DNA of 60,119 nucleotides, taken from assembly GCA_964447495.1 (NCBI GenBank), contig CAYUTF010000011.1, forward strand, positions 1 through 60,119. Direction: 5' to 3'. Numbering within the stretch: the stretch's first letter is position 1; every line of letters starts with the position of its first letter. This document shows positions 49,001-58,092 of this stretch, piece after piece. The notes under the pieces are model-generated. The model was not told where the DNA came from, searched no databases, and saw only the letters and a program-made list of their open reading frames with translations. Source of the stretch: an uncultured archaeon. Its GTDB lineage: Archaea > Asgardarchaeota > Lokiarchaeia > Sigyniarchaeales > SOKP01. The position numbers and the translations under genes were made by a program.

Positions 49001-50301
49001 GTAGATTGTGGCAAAGTAACTAAACTATATGCTACGTTGGAATTATTAGACTTAATTACAATGAAATAATTATATAATTTTAAACCTTTTGTATTTGCGG
49101 TGTTAAAAGCAAAGTAGTTCAAGGTATCTCCACTAAATTGATGAGATCTAATTGTAAGTGAGTCAATTAATACAGCCATATTAGGTTCTAAAATCTTATT
49201 TAAAAATTGACTTTCTGTTCTTCTAATTGTATCATTTGCTTCATATAGGCTAATTTCAAGCTGCGTTGTTAAAGCTTCGGTTTGGTCAAGAACACGAATC
49301 CATGCATAGAATCCATTAACAGTGGAGCTTTTTCCCTTTAAATCAAACTCTAATGCAACATATTCTTGGTTATTAATTGGTAAGTCAAAAGCATAAGTTG
49401 CAGGTAATTTAAATTCATTAACCGTGACATTATATTGAGTAGATGAGGCTCCGTAATAAAACAATTGAATATGACATGTATTACTTAAATCAATATTATT
49501 TAAGTTCTCATTAATAATATTTTCTTCAATCGTGTGGCGTCCAAAACTTGAATTAATGAACATTTGATTTGTTACATTTCTCCAAACAAAATTATTGATG
49601 TCATATACTTTTATTGTTAAATACGCATCTTTACTTACACTATGAACTAATGATAATAAAAAGCCTAGAATTTCATCCCTATCAAAACCAACGCTGATTT
49701 GGAGTGCAGGTTGATAATATAATCGTCCCGTATAGTTTGCTGAGACATTTATACTCACAACTCTGCTTACAGCATCAACAATTATGTAAGTTTCATTATT
49801 ATTATCTGTCAATTTAGCCATACTGATAGGGGGATTTAATAGATTTCCCGTATCGACGGCAACAGATGAATAGGTACTACTTAAACTAAATTGAATTTGA
49901 TTATTAGCATCTAAAGGGGATGTATCTTCTAAGACATAATCTGTGGTGTAATTATTCTGAAATTCAAAAGCAAAATCTCCTTCTGAAAGATAGCACGTGT
50001 CTGTTGTAGACATCGCTTCAATCTGGAAATTATTCTCATTATTAATAGAGGATGAGCTATTTTTCGCATATAACCGCATAGTTTGGTTATCACCCGAATC
50101 AGTGATATAATAATCAGATAAATAAGGGTCATCACTTGATTTTAAATTTAAATAATCATCAGTAGACTTTGATTGATTATCAATATTTATAAAATTAAAA
50201 CCATTAAAGATTTGAATATTCGTCAAAAGAATTGTTATTATAAATATACCAACAAGAATACTCTTCCTTATTTCCTTTTTGCGTCGTATCAATAAAACCA
50301 A
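46084..50301 (-). CDS. Large cell-surface glycoprotein-like protein, membrane anchored
   Basis: 1405 aa; N-terminal hydrophobic helix; N/Y/T/S-rich beta body with many N-x-S/T sequons; C-terminal TM helix and charged tail. Confidence 0.75.
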   Translation of the reverse strand: MVLLIRRKKEIRKSILVGIFIITILLTNIQIFNGFNFINIDNQSKSTDDYLNLKSSDDPYLSDYYITDSGDNQTMRLYAKNSSSSINNENNFQIEAMSTTDTCYLSEGDFAFEFQNNYTTDYVLEDTSPLDANNQIQFSLSSTYSSVAVDTGNLLNPPISMAKLTDNNNETYIIVDAVSRVVSINVSANYTGRLYYQPALQISVGFDRDEILGFLLSLVHSVSKDAYLTIKVYDINNFVWRNVTNQMFINSSFGRHTIEENIINENLNNIDLSNTCHIQLFYYGASSTQYNVTVNEFKLPATYAFDLPINNQEYVALEFDLKGKSSTVNGFYAWIRVLDQTEALTTQLEISLYEANDTIRRTESQFLNKILEPNMAVLIDSLTIRSHQFSGDTLNYFAFNTANTKGLKLYNYFIVIKSNNSNVAYSLVTLPQSTFGDPDERIDHQLLTTSDNGSKWNLAKLSVPYGYTTEPLDAGLFKISVTRGYMPSDFTNPYDEEDTLRIQDLPIQDLQIKTYPYNVSSYFTWGIGKWNYNFTTPIVDNVLNNFIVDLSWNNSKIGGFKFNVTYTATAYWMENASSYYNTTYTSNPEWQLNYTLTLSDPNFNNWNFHEAWFIYPNYYVAHNLTNPNYNEIFGLAVNETGGELKLEDNTSFNKFVLSENVIKNINGSYSLQLTSWNFLRQTKSYIHYNYNGVEALWETNGFMYGDNISVGLGVNGPNNYVPNTGDANVKLFYPETGIPVPGAELDNNTKGVRLDSIFFYDFNNDTIFSVDNTISVLGNYYLGYFWNNGSAIGSKALKLYIDDYDLDLTSFFYDPIENENILAGTVEKVYENYSILIGSVNVTGAQYNPNFYPVNHSNIGIEYIYEINGIKVPIQLNNFLQNETILNPDEDINIRLQLQNNFEFSDVKVQVKVQLVALANEKMIIDQEISDIQTLKVKGDSLGRDIQDFSVDLTIPTLQSNDEWYGYNSPVRKGGAKTKVTIYVQHSGKLHNIGIYDSPEYALLINDTQNDFEGYIISLKYNIEKTGETIVKPFERYECNYLPELTTFIVNVYDRNLVSSYEQFIYSFGLKLNSKFSNITIDPSNPIRGEILNITSRLTTEFGAIIIGENVTCQYYDNHVWVNLSSQISDLNAYTSFIIDSLDLNDEDQLIFRLIWNGDPLILRNSQNVTINLYRAFNDLTISLQQNALQIFKNQKTTIKVLLSNTGNSELRITSANITLNLEPHLDALIVQIDYLKLNQFKPGETTEILLEISVLSLSKFNLTIFVEALNIITKENISIQNSKTFLVYDIPLADYLNAFFTIIIIGSILLIWAVIFLAVRRLIRKIETPIEEPTRKKERRGRYVKVSELKEIPESRKEEPVTAIKDDKVKKKHRKKSKEEPEKQKEKPTDLDSLLEEEGLKDDK

Positions 50302-50458
50302 CCGTATTATACAATAATTTAGTTATAAAATAATTTAAGAATATTAAAATTTGCTAATTATTTTAAATTTATTCGTTTATAGCCTTAATGACAAAATATT
50401 AAAGAATATTATTGAAGAATCATTATTACTAGTAATTTCTATATCGAGGAGATTAATC

Positions 50459-51811
50459 ATAAGTGAAGAATTAATATTAAATGAGATTGAGAATAATAAA
50501 GAAGAGTTTATTACCTTCTTGAAAGAAATAATACAAACTAATTCCTATAATCCTCCGGGTAATGAAAAAAATATTGCGATAAAAATTGGGAATTACTTGA
50601 AAGATGTGGGTATTGATGCTCAGATTTTCGAATATGATGACAATCGGGCAAATTTAATTGCTACGCTTAATGATAATTTTGAATATAAAAATCTTTTATT
50701 CAACGGCCATATGGATGTTGTTCCACCTGGTTCAGAAGAAGATTGGAAATATCCTCCCTTATCAGCTTTCATTAAGCGAAATAAATATATGTATGGAAGA
50801 GGCACTACGGATATGAAAGGTGGATTAGCAGCAATGGTTTGCAGCTTGAAATTATTAAAAAGATTAAAAATTAATCTCAAAGGTAACCTAATATTAAATG
50901 CTGTAGCAGATGAAGAGATGGGAGGAACTGGAACGGAATGGAGTATAAATAATCCCTTAAAGTCTAGGAAGATCGATTTTACCATTATCGGGGAACCCAC
51001 AGCATTAAAACCATTACCAATCGCTATGATGGTAGGAGAGAGAGGAAGAATGGTCGTAAAAGTAACTACGAATGGAATATCAACTCATGCCTCATGGCCA
51101 TTTATGGGAAAGAATGCGATATATATAATGAGCAATATTATCCAGAACTTAGATCGCCTCGATGACTATATCCCTTCGGTGGAGCCTCCATTATCAGTTG
51201 AGAAATTAAAAAAACTTATTGCTCAGTCTTTTCCAAGCTATGAAATCTTTGAAAAAATCTATAATGAACAAGTGATGTTGCAGAATGTGTTAATGGCCTT
51301 AACAAGATTTACAAAAAGTTTAACTATAATAAAAGGCGGAATTAAGGATAATGTCGTTCCAGATAAATGTGAAGCATATATCGATTTTAGATTGTTACCA
51401 GGGCAAAAAGTAGAAAGTATTATAGATGCTTTAAAAAAAATTATAGAAAAGGATCTTAACTATCATATTAGAATAGATGAAAACGATAAAAAGCACGAAA
51501 ATATCGTAGATTTAGAGATCGTACAAGTTTCAGAACCTTCCTATTGGAGAGATTGGGAATCTTCTAAAGATCTATCTAATCTAAAAAGTATTATTGATGA
51601 AATTTTCAAAGTAAGCTCTTATTTTATGATCTATCCCGCAAGTGCAGATGGTCATTATATACGCAATAGTGGGTTTTGTAAAAATACTATCTTATTTGGA
51701 CCTGGAAATGGATCCACTGCTCATTCAATTGATGAAAATATCGAATTAAGCGATTATATTAATGCTATCAAGGTATATAGCCTTTTTGCTTACAAATTTT
51801 TAAAGAAATAA
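50459..51811 (+). CDS. M20 family metallopeptidase (ArgE/DapE-like deacylase)
   Basis: NGHMDVVP, YGRGTTDMKGG, ADEE, GEPT and AHSIDENI motifs. Start placed at ATA 50459 after GAGGAG; the ORF-track TTG 50351 adds an implausible leader. Confidence 0.85.
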   Translation: MSEELILNEIENNKEEFITFLKEIIQTNSYNPPGNEKNIAIKIGNYLKDVGIDAQIFEYDDNRANLIATLNDNFEYKNLLFNGHMDVVPPGSEEDWKYPPLSAFIKRNKYMYGRGTTDMKGGLAAMVCSLKLLKRLKINLKGNLILNAVADEEMGGTGTEWSINNPLKSRKIDFTIIGEPTALKPLPIAMMVGERGRMVVKVTTNGISTHASWPFMGKNAIYIMSNIIQNLDRLDDYIPSVEPPLSVEKLKKLIAQSFPSYEIFEKIYNEQVMLQNVLMALTRFTKSLTIIKGGIKDNVVPDKCEAYIDFRLLPGQKVESIIDALKKIIEKDLNYHIRIDENDKKHENIVDLEIVQVSEPSYWRDWESSKDLSNLKSIIDEIFKVSSYFMIYPASADGHYIRNSGFCKNTILFGPGNGSTAHSIDENIELSDYINAIKVYSLFAYKFLKK

Positions 51812-51917
51812 TATTTATTTTGAATATTTTTTCTTTTATTCATAATAACAAAATTAACATTTATTTATGGATATTATTTTATTTAAGTTAATGGACGTTA
51901 TACGGGAATGAAGAATT

Positions 51918-53096
51918 TTGCATGATATAAAGATAGAAGATGCCATTGTTTTACTCGATACATCTCGTTCGATGCTTAGAAAAGATTTCAAACCGAATCG
52001 CTTAATGGTTGCGATTGATGCTGTAAAAAACTTTATTCAAACCAAATTTACAATTGATCTAAAAGATCGAATAGCTCTATTATCATTTGGTGATGAAACT
52101 AAAGTATTATGCAGATTTACAAATGACGAAACCAAATTAATCAATTCACTTGATAAAATACAAATTTCTGGAAAGGGCATATTAAACGAGGCTCTTGCTT
52201 TTTCTTTACAACTACTCGTCGAAGAAATGAGAAAAATTGGAGGTAAAATTTTCAGAATTTTCATCATATCTGATAATAAGATTATATATGACGATAGATT
52301 GCATAAAATGTTACTTATTGCTAAAGGGTTAGGTATATTTATTGATACTTGCCAATTAGGAACATCTGAAGATTATAATAAGACCATTTTAAAGCAAATT
52401 GCTCAAGCCACAAGAGGAGAATATGGCTTTTTTAATAATTCAAAAGCAATATTTAACGCGGGAAAATCATTTGCTTCAAAAAAAGATGTGAAACAGACAG
52501 TTGATTATTTTAATCCCAATAAAAGAAATGAAATTGCCCCATTAGTAAATGATATCGCCCTTCCACTAAGACGACCAAGTCTATTAGATATTAGGTTAAT
52601 GATGGATGAAATGAATAGAAGTAATGAAAAATGTCAAATTTGTCATTCAAGTAAATCGCCGCTTACGAAAGCTGATTTTTATTCTGAAGGACGATATTGT
52701 CCTTCTTGTGATAGACCAATGCATCTTTCATGCGCAGCTATGTGGGCTAAAAAATCTGAATATAAAGAGAATGTGTTCCGATGTCCCTTCTGTTATTTCT
52801 TATTAGAATTACCCCAAGCCATTCCAAAGTTACTCAACGAACAACCCGATGAGGGCCCTAAAATTAGAATAATAGATGGTTCAGACGCAAAAACCACTAC
52901 CATGTTATTATATCCTGAGGAAAATATTGATAACCTCAATGCTTCATGTTCTTACTGTCATTCAATTTTTTTAGGGGATTATAAAGTCTATCAATGTGAG
53001 AATTGTGGTTCTTATTATCATGAACCATGCTTGACGAAAATGAATGATGAGATTCACGCTTGCCGGAATTGTGGTTCAAAAATACGAACACATTGA
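51918..53096 (+). CDS. vWA domain protein with two C-terminal RING-like zinc fingers (Ssl1/p44-like architecture)
   Basis: LDTSRSM..KDFKPNRL vWA start; CQIC...CPSC...HLSC...CPFC; CSYC...YQCENC...HEPC...HACRNC. Confidence 0.8.
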   Translation: MHDIKIEDAIVLLDTSRSMLRKDFKPNRLMVAIDAVKNFIQTKFTIDLKDRIALLSFGDETKVLCRFTNDETKLINSLDKIQISGKGILNEALAFSLQLLVEEMRKIGGKIFRIFIISDNKIIYDDRLHKMLLIAKGLGIFIDTCQLGTSEDYNKTILKQIAQATRGEYGFFNNSKAIFNAGKSFASKKDVKQTVDYFNPNKRNEIAPLVNDIALPLRRPSLLDIRLMMDEMNRSNEKCQICHSSKSPLTKADFYSEGRYCPSCDRPMHLSCAAMWAKKSEYKENVFRCPFCYFLLELPQAIPKLLNEQPDEGPKIRIIDGSDAKTTTMLLYPEENIDNLNASCSYCHSIFLGDYKVYQCENCGSYYHEPCLTKMNDEIHACRNCGSKIRTH

Positions 53097-53219
53097 TTTT
53101 TAAAATACATCTCTCTTATTTTAAATACCGAAAACTAAAAAAAAAGTAATGGATTATTAGAAACTATTAAAGATCATTTTATTCTTGGTAACTACTATAT
53201 TTTTTGGAAGGTGAGTTAA

Positions 53220-55259
53220 GTGGAAGTGAAACAAAAATGGATCGTTACAAGCGCATGGCCCTATGCATCTGATCCACCACATTTAGGAAACTTAATCGGA
53301 AGTACACTGTCAGCAGATGCATTTGCTAGATTTTTGAGACTTAAAGGAGATGAAGTTCTATTTGTGTCAGGATCAGATACTCATGGAACTCCTGTTGCTG
53401 TAGAAGCTAAAAAAAGGAACATTTCTACAAAAGAACTAGCATTAAAAAATCATAAAATTATAAAGGATTTGCACGAAAAATGGAATATATCTTTTGATAA
53501 TTATACTCTTACTCATAATCCAATTCATATAGATTTTGTCCAACAATTTTATTTAGACATACAAAAAAACGGTTATATTGTAGAAAAAGAAATTGAATCT
53601 CTCTATTGCGAAACAGATCATCTATATTTACCAGATAGATTCGTTGAGGGAATATGTCCATATTGTAAATCCGATAGAGCCAGAGGAGATCAATGTGATA
53701 ACTGTCAGAAATTGCTAACCCCCCTTGAACTTATTGAACCACGATGCTCGATTTGTGGAAGCGTGCCAAAAGTCAAGAAAACAAAGCATTGGTATTTGGA
53801 CTTTCCTAAGTTACAGAATAAATTAAAAGAATTTATTGAACAAAATGAAATAATACCTCCAAACGCTAAACAGATGTGCTTAAATTCCATTAGTGAAGGT
53901 ATACCACAACGCGCAATCACTAGAGATCTAGAATGGGGAATCCCCGCAAAATTTGAAGGTGCCGAAAATAAAACAATTTATGTTTGGTTTGAAGCAGTAT
54001 TGGGTTATATAACTGCGGTTAAGGAATGGGCGGATACCATTAAAAAACAACCAGAGAAATTTAGGTATTTTTGGAATGATCCCAAAACTAAGTCAGTTTT
54101 TTTCATTGGCAAAGATAATATTATTTTCCATCTTATAGTGTTTCCTGGCTTACTTCTTGCCTATAATGCAGATAAAAAGGAAGAAGATAAACTGGTACTG
54201 CCCTATAATGTATCCTCAACAGAATGGTTATTATTTGAGAATGATAAGTTTTCCAAATCGCGAGGAGTGGGCATCTATATTGATGAAGCTTTAAAACTAG
54301 CTCCTTTAGATTATTGGCGCTTTAATTTGTTGTATAATCGCCCTGAATCGAGCGATACATCATTTTTATGGTCCGAATTTGAAAATAATATTAAAGCATT
54401 GAATGATACTTTAGGTAATTTTATCCATAGAACTTTAACCTTTATTAATAGGCAATTTAATAGTAAAATTCCCGAAAAATTGCTATATGATGACATAGAT
54501 AAGATTTTGGTAGAAAAACTCAATACTATTAGTTCAGATATTGGAGAAAGTCTATTAAATTTTAAAATACGTAAAGCATTGCGAGATATTGTAAATTTTG
54601 GAAAAGAAGGAAATATCTACTTAAATGAAAAAGCACCATGGCATTTAATAAAAAAGAATAAGAAAGCTGCAGGTCATGTATTTAACTTATGCGCTCAAGT
54701 TGTTTATGCACTTGCGATATTGCTTGAACCATTTATCCCAGACACTTCAGAGAGAATATTGATGTTTTTGAATTTAAATACTCAGAAACATTCCTGGGAT
54801 TCTATTAATGAAAATAGTATTAAAGCGGGACAATTGATCAAAAAACCAGAACCTCTTTTTCAAAAATTAGATATTGATGTAATTAAAGAAAATTATTTAA
54901 AAATTAAAAAAGATAAAATTAGGGAGGATGATAAAAATTTGATTTCCTATGATGAATTTAAAAAGTTAGACATTAGAGTTGCTCTTATTCAAGATGTCGA
55001 GAAGGTTCCAAATGCTGATAAGTTATATAAATTATCAGTTGATCTTGGAGAAGAAAAAAGAACGTTAGTAGCAGGATTAGCAGAATACTATAAAATAGAA
55101 GAACTCAAGGGGAAAAAAATTGTGATGCTAACAAATTTGGAACCCCGAAAAATGAGAGGAATAACAAGCCAAGGTATGTTGCTAGCCGCAGTTGACGGAA
55201 ATATTGTTTCTGTGTTAACTCCTGACAAGAAGATACCTCCAGGAGCAAAAATTGAGTAA
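53220..55259 (+). CDS. metG: Methionine--tRNA ligase with C-terminal tRNA-binding domain
   Basis: PHLGN (HIGH), GSDTHG, zinc knuckles, YVWFEA, IGKDN, KFSKSRG (KMSKS) and C-terminal OB fold SQGMLLAA. Confidence 0.97.
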   Translation: MEVKQKWIVTSAWPYASDPPHLGNLIGSTLSADAFARFLRLKGDEVLFVSGSDTHGTPVAVEAKKRNISTKELALKNHKIIKDLHEKWNISFDNYTLTHNPIHIDFVQQFYLDIQKNGYIVEKEIESLYCETDHLYLPDRFVEGICPYCKSDRARGDQCDNCQKLLTPLELIEPRCSICGSVPKVKKTKHWYLDFPKLQNKLKEFIEQNEIIPPNAKQMCLNSISEGIPQRAITRDLEWGIPAKFEGAENKTIYVWFEAVLGYITAVKEWADTIKKQPEKFRYFWNDPKTKSVFFIGKDNIIFHLIVFPGLLLAYNADKKEEDKLVLPYNVSSTEWLLFENDKFSKSRGVGIYIDEALKLAPLDYWRFNLLYNRPESSDTSFLWSEFENNIKALNDTLGNFIHRTLTFINRQFNSKIPEKLLYDDIDKILVEKLNTISSDIGESLLNFKIRKALRDIVNFGKEGNIYLNEKAPWHLIKKNKKAAGHVFNLCAQVVYALAILLEPFIPDTSERILMFLNLNTQKHSWDSINENSIKAGQLIKKPEPLFQKLDIDVIKENYLKIKKDKIREDDKNLISYDEFKKLDIRVALIQDVEKVPNADKLYKLSVDLGEEKRTLVAGLAEYYKIEELKGKKIVMLTNLEPRKMRGITSQGMLLAAVDGNIVSVLTPDKKIPPGAKIE

Positions 55260-55417
55260 TTATTCCTATATCAAGCAAGAAGCGATTTTACATTGAATTA
55301 AGAAATATCCCTTATTAACTTTAAATAGAAGTAATAATAATCTTGATATATCTAATAACTCTTAGATAATTAATCATTTAGTTATATGTTGTAGAATAAA
55401 AAAAATCAAAAATTAAG

Positions 55418-56047
55418 ATGAGTGATGTAGACAGTCATATCCTTTATGATTCAATTAAGAAAATTGTGAATGAAGGAGATTTTAAAGGCTCAATCATATC
55501 TAAATGTAATGATAATTGCAATTCGATTATTTTTTCTGATAATATCTCAATATCGGAATCTGAAGGATTCATTATATCTCAAGGATTAAGAGTCGGATTT
55601 GATATAGTATCAAATAAAAGAACTGCTTTTTCTCGTAAATTAGATTATAATCATCATCAAGATATGTGTATTGAATATTCAATTTTAATACCTGAAGATG
55701 TCATGCAACTCTATGATGAGGGGCAATTTTCTGATGCATTTCCGTTTACATTAAATATGTTGCACACAGCAGGACTTTATTTAAGAGATCCTGAAAATAA
55801 GATTAACCACTTAGATTTTTTCAAAGGAGAAATCCTAAAAAATCCAGTCTCCTTAATCATGAATGGAATTTTAGTTGCTGATCGAGTAGTAATTGATCAT
55901 CGAGGAGATCCTGTTTTTTATGATTGCTTAATTGTTGGTAGAGATCAAGATGAAAACTTAAAAGTAAGCTATGAACCTCTTGCAAATGTAGATGACAAGG
56001 TGGTTGAATATATAATTATATTGGGGATCGAGGAATTAAAAATTTAA
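55418..56047 (+). CDS. Hypothetical protein
   Basis: 209-aa ORF co-oriented with and 15 nt upstream of the ATPase gene; no motif recognised. Confidence 0.6.
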   Translation: MSDVDSHILYDSIKKIVNEGDFKGSIISKCNDNCNSIIFSDNISISESEGFIISQGLRVGFDIVSNKRTAFSRKLDYNHHQDMCIEYSILIPEDVMQLYDEGQFSDAFPFTLNMLHTAGLYLRDPENKINHLDFFKGEILKNPVSLIMNGILVADRVVIDHRGDPVFYDCLIVGRDQDENLKVSYEPLANVDDKVVEYIIILGIEELKI

Positions 56048-56062
56048 AGGTTTTCTTAAACA

Positions 56063-57289
56063 ATGTTAATTTACGAAAATTTTAAAGCTAAATTATTAAA
56101 TACTTTAAAACTTGGGGTAAATCCATTTAAAAAGTTCGTTAGTACTGGTGAAATTAGAGAAGATTTAGGCTTGGTAAAATCAAGGAAACCTTTAATAGAA
56201 TCCTTAATGGATATTATTGAAAAAAATGAAAATTGTATTCTGCCCATTATTGGAAAAGTAGGTACTGGTAAAACTCATTTATATTGGGCTCTAAAAAATA
56301 GAATGTATTACCATAATACAATATATATTTCCCTAGATGAGATATATAAAAGATTCTTCTATACTATCTATTCTGAATTTATTGAAACAATAGGAATTGA
56401 ACCACTAAGAAATATAGTCAATCAATTAGTTAATGAATGGGGGGCATTAGAACGGAAGTTTGGATTTTTTCACATTGCTGATATTGAAACAATTAAACAA
56501 AATGCTATAGCATCTATTAATAATGAATTTGATCAAGATGAAAAAGTCGCTCTAAATGACATAATAACCGGGATTAGCACCCATCAACTCGATCCATATA
56601 AGAAAATTGAAGCGGAACGATGGCTTCTTGGGGAAATTATGGATATAAGAGAGCTGAGTCATCTTAATATGATACATGATTTAACAAAAAATAAAAATGC
56701 ATATATTATGTTAAAATTGCTAATTGAAAATTCAAAGCTTGGAACCATATTATTTCTCGATGATTTTGAAACAATCGTAAAAACATATACATCCAAAATT
56801 GAAAGTGAAGAAGTATTTGATCCAAGCTGGCTATATGGTAGAGAAGACTCTCCAGATGAGATATTGTCTCAAAAGGTATTGCGTAGAGTTTTAAAATTGC
56901 AAAAAATGAAAGGGTTAAGATTGATTATAACCTTGAAATCAACTGAATATCTTGAAGAAGTCAAAAAAAGTATTTCCAAAATTGATGAAAGTATTTTGAC
57001 ATCTTTTAAGGAACCACTTTATTTATCTGAGTTTATAGAATCAGATATTTGTGAATTTTATTCCAAAAATATGAAAAATTTTCTTGAGAATGTAAATTTC
57101 ACTAATATTCCAACCAATAGTTTTGAAGATTATTTCCCGCTAAATCAGAAGATCTTAAAAAATATATATCTCAAATCTAATGGTAATCCAAGAGAAATTA
57201 TTAAATGGTTAATTAAAATTTTTAATGAAATTATTTTTTCTGATCAAAAACTTCTTGAGATTAGAGAAAAATATGAAATGCAGCAATAA
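56063..57289 (+). CDS. P-loop/AAA+ ATPase of unknown function
   Basis: NPF, Walker A GKVGTGKT, Walker B ILFLDDFE, YFPL and GNPREII motifs. Confidence 0.8.
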   Translation: MLIYENFKAKLLNTLKLGVNPFKKFVSTGEIREDLGLVKSRKPLIESLMDIIEKNENCILPIIGKVGTGKTHLYWALKNRMYYHNTIYISLDEIYKRFFYTIYSEFIETIGIEPLRNIVNQLVNEWGALERKFGFFHIADIETIKQNAIASINNEFDQDEKVALNDIITGISTHQLDPYKKIEAERWLLGEIMDIRELSHLNMIHDLTKNKNAYIMLKLLIENSKLGTILFLDDFETIVKTYTSKIESEEVFDPSWLYGREDSPDEILSQKVLRRVLKLQKMKGLRLIITLKSTEYLEEVKKSISKIDESILTSFKEPLYLSEFIESDICEFYSKNMKNFLENVNFTNIPTNSFEDYFPLNQKILKNIYLKSNGNPREIIKWLIKIFNEIIFSDQKLLEIREKYEMQQ

Positions 57290-57293
57290 GGTA

Positions 57294-58034
57294 TTATACT
57301 TCTCGATTTGTTAATAAATGATTAAAAATATCAATCTCTTTTAGGAACAGAGATATATACGGCTTATCCCAATGAGAATCTTCAATAAGATTTCTAAAAG
57401 TTTTTAAACTCTCTACTGAATCGATGAAGGATTGCACTATAGTACGCATTCCGTGTTTTGTAAGAATTTTATAATTATCGTTTGAATTTAATCGTTCAAA
57501 CAAGATTGTCTTATCCCTAAATTGTACACTTAATACCTTATTTATATAGTCAATTAAATTAGGTTCACTATTATTTAAAATTATTAGAAAGCTTTTTAAA
57601 ACGGTACTTGCTAATCCGTCTAGTTCGAGTATTAATTTCAAACCATTGATTTTGTTAATCTCATATTCATCACTCAAAGCAATATTAATAATCTGATGAA
57701 TATGTCTATTAGATTTCATTATCTCAATATTTTTTTCTATAGCATTTATAACTTCAGAACGTATCCACCTATCTGAATTATAGAACGTTTCAACCAGATA
57801 TTTAATGTGTTTTTCCGTTAAAGGTATTTTTTTACCGATTTCTCCTATTAAATATATCAAATTAATGTTTATTTTTTTGCCTTCCTCCTTATTGAGGTTT
57901 TCTATTAAATAATCTACCACTTTAAGATGTTCTATATTTGGATCCTTACTTAAATCAATTAAGATTTCATTGATTAACCTAAGATTATTGGATCCATCTT
58001 TAATCTTCTTAATTATCTCATTTATGTTATTCAT
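57294..58034 (-). CDS. HEAT-repeat-like helical protein
   Basis: IYLIGEIG, SDRWIRSEVINAI and ALSDEYEINK..GL repeats. Confidence 0.6.
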   Translation of the reverse strand: MNNINEIIKKIKDGSNNLRLINEILIDLSKDPNIEHLKVVDYLIENLNKEEGKKININLIYLIGEIGKKIPLTEKHIKYLVETFYNSDRWIRSEVINAIEKNIEIMKSNRHIHQIINIALSDEYEINKINGLKLILELDGLASTVLKSFLIILNNSEPNLIDYINKVLSVQFRDKTILFERLNSNDNYKILTKHGMRTIVQSFIDSVESLKTFRNLIEDSHWDKPYISLFLKEIDIFNHLLTNREV

Positions 58035-58092
58035 GGGTCTAAAAGAAAATTATAATGAAATGTATATCATTATTTATTGTTTTTTATTTATT

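Noticed and set aside
50351-50458. N-terminal 36 aa of the M20 ORF in the ORF track
   Set aside because: Low-complexity leader through the promoter region; the RBS GAGGAG sits just before 50459.
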